A stretch of 51,282 nt of DNA from a virus (taxonomy: Duplodnaviria; Caudoviricetes), in IMG/VR virus record IMGVR_UViG_3300028610_001208, positions 1 through 51,282 of that record. The stretch is one strand, 5' to 3'. The notes under the pieces are model-generated. The model was not told where the DNA came from and ran no database searches. It worked only from the letters and a program-made list of their open reading frames with translations. Below are positions 45,552 to 51,282 of the stretch, in pieces. A program made the translations under genes and the position numbers. Each line of letters starts with the position of its first letter. Positions within the stretch are counted from its first letter, which is position 1.

Positions 45552-45817
45552 ACGTCGCCCACTTCCTGGAGATCGACGATCCTGAGAACGCACGGCGTGG
45601 GGATCGTCATGTCGCCGCAGCCTTGTTCTTCCGTGTGTTTCGTGGCCTTTGCAACGTGCGGCACGATCACTTTTGAATTCTCATCGTCGACTACGAGCCA
45701 CCCAACTGACCGGCACACTTGTCGCTCCGGGCTCTCCACATGCCCTATTTCTTCCCAGTTGGATGCACAACCAAAACTGTCCACCCACTCAATTAGGACG
45801 AGCCGCTGTGTCGTCAT
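45548..45817 (-). CDS. Conserved phage hypothetical protein
   Basis: LVLIEWVDS...CRSVGWLV...IP..CV..I family pattern. Confidence 0.8.
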   Translation of the reverse strand: MTTQRLVLIEWVDSFGCASNWEEIGHVESPERQVCRSVGWLVVDDENSKVIVPHVAKATKHTEEQGCGDMTIPTPCVLRIVDLQEVGDV

Positions 45818-46512
45818 GCTTCCCAGTCCTCGTCCGGCTCATCGTGGGAGCCGGGGACCGCCGGAACCAGATCCGGTGTCCGGTCTATTGCCGACCTAAG
45901 TCTATCCTCCGCCTGCTGTTGCGTCTCTTCCTCTCCGAATTTGTCCAGAATCTTGTCCAGCTCCGCCAGTTCCTCGCGGCCGTCGTCGTTGCCGCCCACG
46001 CCGTCCTCGACCTGGGTGCGGCTCGGAAGCCGCTTCGGCCAGATCGTGCGCATGAACTCCGTCAGGTTGCCGACGCTCAATCTTACCCAGCATAACAACC
46101 CCCAGGCCCCGGGGCTAGGTGCGTCGGTGGCCACCAGGTCACTCAGTGCGAAATTGTCGAACACCCAGTCGACGGCCCTGGCACTGGTACAGCTCTGCCG
46201 GTCCTCGAAATCCGACTTCTCGCAGGTCGGAAACTTGTATAGGAACGTCGAACCGCGTCCTGGCGGCGGCTTATCCTTGGCCTCGGAGGCTCGGGCCTCA
46301 ATCTGCAACGCCCCGTCCTCAATGTGGTACCGGTACTCTTCGCACGCTATTTCGTGGGCCTGCTGAGAGGTCTTGCCCTCCAGCTTCTCAATCAGGGTCC
46401 GGCGCTTCGCGAAGTCGTGGAAGAGCGTACCGCCGCAGGCCACGATCCGGGCTCGGACGTCCCCGCGAGAGAGCTTAGTCAGGTCTTCGGTTTGCGTCTC
46501 GCTTTCGGTCAT
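45814..46512 (-). CDS. Hypothetical protein, candidate terminase small subunit
   Basis: Helical 232-aa ORF upstream of terL; the function is a positional inference only. Confidence 0.5.
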   Translation of the reverse strand: MTESETQTEDLTKLSRGDVRARIVACGGTLFHDFAKRRTLIEKLEGKTSQQAHEIACEEYRYHIEDGALQIEARASEAKDKPPPGRGSTFLYKFPTCEKSDFEDRQSCTSARAVDWVFDNFALSDLVATDAPSPGAWGLLCWVRLSVGNLTEFMRTIWPKRLPSRTQVEDGVGGNDDGREELAELDKILDKFGEEETQQQAEDRLRSAIDRTPDLVPAVPGSHDEPDEDWEA

Positions 46513-46706
46513 CGGCCCAATGCCTCGCGGAAACCAGCAATGTCCGGAACCGGAACGGTATCAAGCTCGTCGCTCGGGCAACAGGCCAAACAAAGCCCCG
46601 TGAGAGAAACCGGTATTCCGTCCTCATCGTATCCGACCCGTGACCGGCCAAAGTCGTCGGCGCCATCCAGGACCATGCCGCACTGTTCGCATCGTAATTC
46701 AGCCAT
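46509..46706 (-). CDS. Small zinc-ribbon protein
   Basis: CEQCG...CLACC; AAGGAG RBS. Confidence 0.65.
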   Translation of the reverse strand: MAELRCEQCGMVLDGADDFGRSRVGYDEDGIPVSLTGLCLACCPSDELDTVPVPDIAGFREALGR

Positions 46707-46711
46707 AGGCT

Positions 46712-46822
46712 TTACTCCTTCGCCGACCTCTTCTTCCTGGCCGCCTGCTTGACGACCGCGGCCTTCCGGGCCTTTCGAGCCTTTCGAGCCTTCACTCGTT
46801 TTGCTTTGGTGTGCACTGGCAT
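46712..46822 (-). CDS. 36-aa highly basic peptide MPVHTKAKRVKARKARKARKAAVVKQAARKKRSAKE
   Basis: AAGGAG RBS; fills the gap between neighbours; tandem 9-nt repeat encoding KAR. Confidence 0.75.
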   Translation of the reverse strand: MPVHTKAKRVKARKARKARKAAVVKQAARKKRSAKE

Positions 46823-46863
46823 AGCGATCTCTCCTTTTTGTGAGGTCTTCTGCAGCAATCGTT

Positions 46864-47103
46864 TCACATCTTCAGAAGCCTCGCGCCAACGACGTTTTCC
46901 ATGCTCATCACCAGATCACACTCAGACCGAGCCGCGTCGTCCCAAAAACCCACTAGCTTGATTGACCGCGGCCCGGTCCCCTCGAGGACCTGCCCTAAAG
47001 AATCCCAGACCATGTCGAACCCGAGACGCATCGTTTCCTCAGGACCGCATATCTCGGCCACGCCCTCGGTCTTGGTCCACAACTGTAGCTTCCACACTTC
47101 CAT
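46864..47103 (-). CDS. Hypothetical protein
   Basis: GAGGGTG RBS; operon packing. Confidence 0.65.
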   Translation of the reverse strand: MEVWKLQLWTKTEGVAEICGPEETMRLGFDMVWDSLGQVLEGTGPRSIKLVGFWDDAARSECDLVMSMENVVGARLLKM

Positions 47104-47115
47104 TGTCTCACACCC

Positions 47116-48168
47116 TCATGGCAGGATGACCCCACCTACGCCCTCGCCGCGCCCGACGTCCATACTGGGATCTCCGCCGGCCTCGATCTTACCACCCTTG
47201 TTCGGAACCTCTCCGCCGGGTTCGCTAGACTGCGGGTTACCGGCCTCGGCCTGGCTCTTCAGTCCTGGCGGCAGCTCGAGCTGTTTTAGCTCTCCCACGC
47301 CTGGCGCCGAGAAGTCCGACGGGTGCTTCATGCCCATCTGGCGATGCAGCTTCTCCAGTACGTCGTTCCGCTGGCGCTTCATCATGCCCATGAGTTGCAG
47401 CATGTCCAACTCATGCCAGTGGCTGCACACGCAGTCGAAGTCCGCCCACAGCTCGATCCCGGCCTCGCGGCAGCGCCGGCAGAACGCCACGTCGTTGCCC
47501 TCGACCTGAACGCCGCGGTCGTCGAATACGCGGGAGAAGGGGCCGCATTTCTCTGAGAAGCTCATACCGCGGGGCGTGGCTTGAGCGTGAAGCCACTGCT
47601 TCAGCTTCTCCAGCACCGGCACCCGAATCAGAAACGAACCGGTTCCGAACATGTCGACGCGGTGCATGCCCTTCTGGGCGACGAACAGGCTGAATCGGTC
47701 CCCGTGCTCATCCGAGTCGACGTAGCCCAAGTCGACCTCTTGAGCCAACCGGAACGTATTGAAACCGAACACCGCACCGAGATCCGTCGTACCCCCCGGC
47801 CGGAACACTGGGGTGGGGAACACCACCACGTCCTTCATGGCGCCAATGGCATTCAGCGGGTCCGAATTCCAGCTCTGGTCATCGTCCGTATGCAGCCACC
47901 AGTCGAACTCGCCCTTCTGAGCCTGATGGGCGATCTCATTCAGCACGCTCTCGTAGGGCTTGCCCTCGACCAACGCCAGCTCCATGCGGTACTTCTGGCC
48001 GGCCGCCTGCAACACCGTGGCCAACGCCCGAGCCGTCTCCTTGCGCATCGAGCCCTGAGTCGTGCAGCTCACCAGCACCTTCTGGCGGGGGTCGATTATC
48101 GCCCCGCCAGACGACGCCTGCTGGATCCGCTCCGCACGGCGATCCGCCCGCCTGTTACGATTGGACAT
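47116..48168 (-). CDS. GT-A fold (family 2-like) glycosyltransferase
   Basis: WWLHTDDD (DxD), GTGSFLIRVPVLEKL and GNDVAFCRRCREAGIELWAD....SH. Confidence 0.85.
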   Translation of the reverse strand: MSNRNRRADRRAERIQQASSGGAIIDPRQKVLVSCTTQGSMRKETARALATVLQAAGQKYRMELALVEGKPYESVLNEIAHQAQKGEFDWWLHTDDDQSWNSDPLNAIGAMKDVVVFPTPVFRPGGTTDLGAVFGFNTFRLAQEVDLGYVDSDEHGDRFSLFVAQKGMHRVDMFGTGSFLIRVPVLEKLKQWLHAQATPRGMSFSEKCGPFSRVFDDRGVQVEGNDVAFCRRCREAGIELWADFDCVCSHWHELDMLQLMGMMKRQRNDVLEKLHRQMGMKHPSDFSAPGVGELKQLELPPGLKSQAEAGNPQSSEPGGEVPNKGGKIEAGGDPSMDVGRGEGVGGVILP

Positions 48169-48207
48169 CCGAAAACCTTCCCTTCTTGCCTGTAAAGCTC
48201 GATTCCG

Positions 48208-48522
48208 TCAAACGAAGACCGCGAGGATGCAATCCTCCTTCATGATCAGATAGTTGACGTCCCCCACCTTGATCACGCAGTCCGCGTACGGAGCGAAAGA
48301 CACCTCGTCGCCCGCCTTGACCTGCGCCTCCGCGAAACTACCGTCCTCCAGGCGAGGGCCGGGGCCAGCCGCCAGCACCAGCCCGCGACGAGGACTGGCC
48401 GGGCCGTCATCCCGGATGATCATTCCGTAAACACTCAGGGGCCAAGCGTCTTCATGCCTCGGAGCGGGACCAAGGATCACGTAACCAGCCAACGGTATCG
48501 CACTACAGCCACTCTCAGCCAT
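48208..48522 (-). CDS. groES: Co-chaperonin GroES/Cpn10-like protein
   Basis: PL.GYVI..., GLVLAAGPG, VKAGDEV.F..Y, IKV....YLIMKEDCILAV. Confidence 0.88.
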   Translation of the reverse strand: MAESGCSAIPLAGYVILGPAPRHEDAWPLSVYGMIIRDDGPASPRRGLVLAAGPGPRLEDGSFAEAQVKAGDEVSFAPYADCVIKVGDVNYLIMKEDCILAVFV

Positions 48523-49071
48523 CAGAAACACACTCCTTCTCATGGATCAGGGGTACACAGAGCCGCCACACACGAAGAGTACAACACTCCGACAAATAAT
48601 CCAGCCTTTTCTTGGTGCGATATGGCGATTCCTGCGAGATTCACCGTAGGGAGAGGAGAACGTGTCACGGAGCTCCGTATTACCCTACAGAGGGCTTGAG
48701 CCGAGTGACAGATACTGATCGCGGGCTCATGGTATATAGCGTACAGCACGGCTTTAGTTGGTACTGGAGACTACAGGCCGGAGGGTAACAGGATACGGGT
48801 CGCATGCGAGGCCGGGGGGTCCGGGGGAAATCTGAGAGGGGGAAACGGAATCGAGAGGCCTACTGCGCGCTGTACCGTCCGATAATGGATAGTATGTTGC
48901 ATTCGATCGGCCTTGGCGCCCCCATGAGCACCTGATTAGCGCTGCAACGCCCACTCCCTGCGCTTCTACTGCGCATGTACTGCGCCAAGCACCACAACTC
49001 GAGCACCATCGGACCACTAACGCACCATTGTGTCCCATTATCAACACGAAGTGGTCAGATATTGGCCACTT

Positions 49072-49099
49072 TGGACAGAAGTTGCCCACCCCATATAAT
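49072..49099 (+). promoter_or_regulatory. Strong sigma70-type early promoter TGGACA-16-TATAAT
   Basis: Perfect -10 in an AT-rich patch at the strand switch, upstream of the plus-strand genes. Confidence 0.7.
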
Positions 49100-49246
49100 A
49101 TTATTTTTCATTGGCCGACAGTGATTTCCTGGGGTACGGTTCACTCGACAAGCATCCATCTATTGCGGGTGCGGATCAGGAGTCTTGGACCTGGTTCGAC
49201 TGGACACCGCTAGGAGGCTGCCTCGCATCGTTCAGGAGCTACAGTG

Positions 49247-49528
49247 ATGTCTCACCCCTCTGAGTACCCGCCGACGCTGTCGGCGTTCTCTGCGTCTCCC
49301 TGTGGGCTTGTGGCGTGTCTTGCTGGACTTGGTGAGGTACGCGTGGAGGCTGTGTGTGCCTCATGCCATTGCCACGAGCTGATTGACGAGTCTGAGCGTT
49401 GCTACGCCTGTGGTGGCTGGGAGTGCTCTGACTGCGATCCTCGCGGCGATGAGGACAATCCCCTGGCTTACCACTGCGGGGCGTGTGATCCGGAGCGGCA
49501 TGAGCCGCTGGCGGAGGGCTCACTGTGA
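49247..49528 (+). CDS. Cys-rich hypothetical protein
   Basis: AGGAG RBS; several CxxC motifs; GTGA overlap with the next gene. Confidence 0.6.
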   Translation: MSHPSEYPPTLSAFSASPCGLVACLAGLGEVRVEAVCASCHCHELIDESERCYACGGWECSDCDPRGDEDNPLAYHCGACDPERHEPLAEGSL

Positions 49529-49887
49529 CCGCAACCTTCAACGATTATCGCGAGATCGCAGCGAAACACCCCGGAGTAGCGACCGACTGCGGGACAGTAT
49601 CCGGACAGACAGAGGTGCACCGCATCGAGGTCGGTGACCGTATCGGCTACATCCGCACCGGGAAGCGTCGGCCGGGACGCACGATCTGCGCTGGCTGCTG
49701 GGACACCTGGAAGCAGGAGAACGCCTCGGAGCGGTTCGAGCTGGACGAGAATCGGTGCAGCTACGCCAACTGCAACGTGCCGGCAACACGCCGGACGACC
49801 GTGGGCGGGCTCGACGGATACACTTGCGGCAATCACAGTTCCGACAAGCCAAGGCGGAAGGAGGCAGCTACACCTAATGCCACATGA
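49525..49887 (+). CDS. Cys-rich hypothetical protein
   Basis: GGAGG RBS; I.AK.PG...CG...I..GD.I pattern. Confidence 0.7.
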   Translation: MTATFNDYREIAAKHPGVATDCGTVSGQTEVHRIEVGDRIGYIRTGKRRPGRTICAGCWDTWKQENASERFELDENRCSYANCNVPATRRTTVGGLDGYTCGNHSSDKPRRKEAATPNAT

Positions 49888-50119
49888 ACCAGGATTCACC
49901 TACGCACAGAGCGTGCTGCTTAAATGGTACACCAAGACCCCTAAGTGGGTGCTGGCCAACGCGCTAGCGGAGGCCCTGCGTGGACGCGATCCGAATATGG
50001 ACGCACTACTGATACGGATCACCGAGGCCACTTACGAGGCCAAGAAAGCGGGCGACACCTGCCACGCACGCTGGGTCAAGGATGGGCGGCCGAAGTACGG
50101 GAAAGGACAAACGCAATGA
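49877..50119 (+). CDS. Hypothetical protein
   Basis: AAGGAGG RBS; coupled to the next gene. Confidence 0.65.
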   Translation: MPHEPGFTYAQSVLLKWYTKTPKWVLANALAEALRGRDPNMDALLIRITEATYEAKKAGDTCHARWVKDGRPKYGKGQTQ

Positions 50120-50463
50120 GTGGCGCGAAGCACAGTCCGACGCCCTACCGAATGGATAGCGGCGGGACCATGCGTGACGCACGCGGCGTGGTCATCGCGG
50201 GCGTCTATGGACCGCTGCACGCCATACAGCTCGCAAACGCCCAATTCATCGTCCGCGCCTGCAACTCGCATGACGACCTATTGGCGGCGTGCAAGGCTGC
50301 GAAGTTGTACTTTGAGCCGGGGCCGAAGTGTCCACCTGAGCACCACGAGTGGTTCCGAAAACTGATGAAGAACGATCCGATTTGGAAGCTATTGACCGCA
50401 GCCATCGCCCGAGCCCAGCCCGAAAAGGAGACCGTGACCGATGCAGAACCAGAATCCAGGTGA
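50116..50463 (+). CDS. Conserved phage early protein (H.P.P...ANA.FIV.ACN.HD.LL family)
   Basis: KHSPTPY...ANAQFIVRACNSHDDLLAACK. Confidence 0.8.
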   Translation: MSGAKHSPTPYRMDSGGTMRDARGVVIAGVYGPLHAIQLANAQFIVRACNSHDDLLAACKAAKLYFEPGPKCPPEHHEWFRKLMKNDPIWKLLTAAIARAQPEKETVTDAEPESR

Positions 50464-50545
50464 CTTGACGTGGTCTGCGGTCGTCGTCTGCGTCTCTATC
50501 GCGGGCGTGATGCTGACCGCGCTCGTGGCCGCGATCTTGAACTGA
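50441..50545 (+). CDS. 34-aa single-TM peptide
   Basis: AAGGAG RBS; MQNQNPGDLTWSAVVVCVSIAGVMLTALVAAILN. Confidence 0.55.
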   Translation: MQNQNPGDLTWSAVVVCVSIAGVMLTALVAAILN

Positions 50546-50568
50546 CCTTGCAAGAACAGGAGCGTGAG

Positions 50569-50793
50569 ATGATAGAAGGCAGCCTTGCTCGAATCCTCAG
50601 AATGCCGAACTCGGTATCACGAACAGATATTCCTAGTGACGCCAACCGCCTCCATGAGTCGTGCCTGTTTTCGTATGCCCGGCTTGAGTATCTCATGGAG
50701 CTAGCTGAGGCTGGGGTTCCGTCGGAAGTTCTGGTCGATTTGAACAACCAGATCATCAATGCGTGGATTGGGCCAGACGAGCCCACGAATTAG
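50569..50793 (+). CDS. Hypothetical protein
   Basis: AGGAG RBS before ATG 50569. Confidence 0.65.
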   Translation: MIEGSLARILRMPNSVSRTDIPSDANRLHESCLFSYARLEYLMELAEAGVPSEVLVDLNNQIINAWIGPDEPTN

Positions 50794-50804
50794 GAGTCTG
50801 AGGC

Positions 50805-51125
50805 ATGTCCATTCCGTGCACTGTGAGTCAGTTCTTCAAGCAGGTGCGGCGGAAGCCCGGTCCGCTCAACGTGCTTGCCGACGCCGAGTTCTCGGCCGTC
50901 CGCTGCCGAGACGAGGTCGTGCTCGTGGCCACCGTCACCGACGAACGAACGACACTGGCGGGTAAGCGCTCCGTGACTATTGTCCCGCTCGCGTTGGTGC
51001 CGGAGCTGATCGCGTCGCTGCAGGCGGCCACGAAGGACGGGGCAGACTGCGACGAGTCGGCGCGTGACTGGATTCGAGTCAAGCGCGCGCCTGCGCCGGA
51101 AAGGAGCAGGCATGGCGGATCTTGA
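50805..51125 (+). CDS. Hypothetical protein
   Basis: AGGAG RBS; overlaps the next gene start. Confidence 0.65.
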   Translation: MSIPCTVSQFFKQVRRKPGPLNVLADAEFSAVRCRDEVVLVATVTDERTTLAGKRSVTIVPLALVPELIASLQAATKDGADCDESARDWIRVKRAPAPERSRHGGS

Positions 51126-51282
51126 CGTGAACGTGGGGCTCATCGCTGATTTCTGCATGGACCCTAAGGTGCCGCTGGCCAAGCGGGCTAAGAACTTCAC
51201 TACGGTTCTACGGGCAATGCCCGCCGGCTGGGAGGGGTTTTTCGCCCGCGACTTCGAGACCATGAACAGTGGGGCCAAGCAG
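51112..51282 (+). CDS. Hypothetical protein, 5' part; continues across the junction to the TGA at 199-201 (104 aa, MADLDVNVGL...GESTNA)
   Basis: AAGGAG upstream of ATG 51112; open frame through the repeat to 201; stop overlaps the next gene start (ATG 194). Confidence 0.8.
   Translation, partial: MADLDVNVGLIADFCMDPKVPLAKRAKNFTTVLRAMPAGWEGFFARDFETMNSGAKQ
51226..51282. repeat. Terminal direct repeat (copy of 1-57)
   Basis: Exact match to 1-57. Confidence 0.97.

Noticed and set aside
15506-48522. Alternative genetic code or stop-codon reassignment linked to the odd tRNAs
   Set aside because: Genes are long and tightly packed under the standard code, and TAA, TAG and TGA all act as stops
49165-49210. 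Third tRNA-like element (contains GGTTCGA)
   Set aside because: No paired T-stem around GGTTCGA and no cloverleaf

Overview
The window is an apparently complete, circularly permuted, GC-rich tailed-phage genome of about 51.2 kb. The last 57 nt repeat the first 57 nt, and an ORF reads through the junction. A minus-strand virion operon (48.5-15.5 kb) has a podovirus-like layout: GroES, glycosyltransferase, terminase, portal, scaffold, major capsid protein, tail tubular A/B-like proteins, a beta-helix spike, internal virion proteins and a 2687-aa polyvalent protein. A minus-strand early/middle operon (14.6-4.6 kb) encodes a YqaJ exonuclease, a putative annealing protein, an overprinted two-frame C5 DNA methyltransferase and a GHKL ATPase. 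A plus-strand early region (49.2 kb across the junction to 3.3 kb) carries small unknown genes. I recognise no DNA polymerase, primase/helicase, integrase, repressor or endolysin. A dockerin-like DxDxDGDxDLxD motif and Cys-rich lipoproteins hint at a Planctomycetota (Phycisphaerae-like) host; this is inference only. The most unusual signals are: (i) two non-canonical tRNA-like RNAs, one displaying a perfect orphan Shine-Dalgarno sequence, preceded by a Met-Arg-stop minigene; (ii) a separately promoted unit of tandem stem/U-tract elements ending in a ~400-nt highly structured RNA; (iii) one ~85-aa module present as two free genes and also fused to the beta-helix spike; (iv) the overprinted methyltransferase. 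All calls come from reading motifs by eye; no database searches or folding programs were run.
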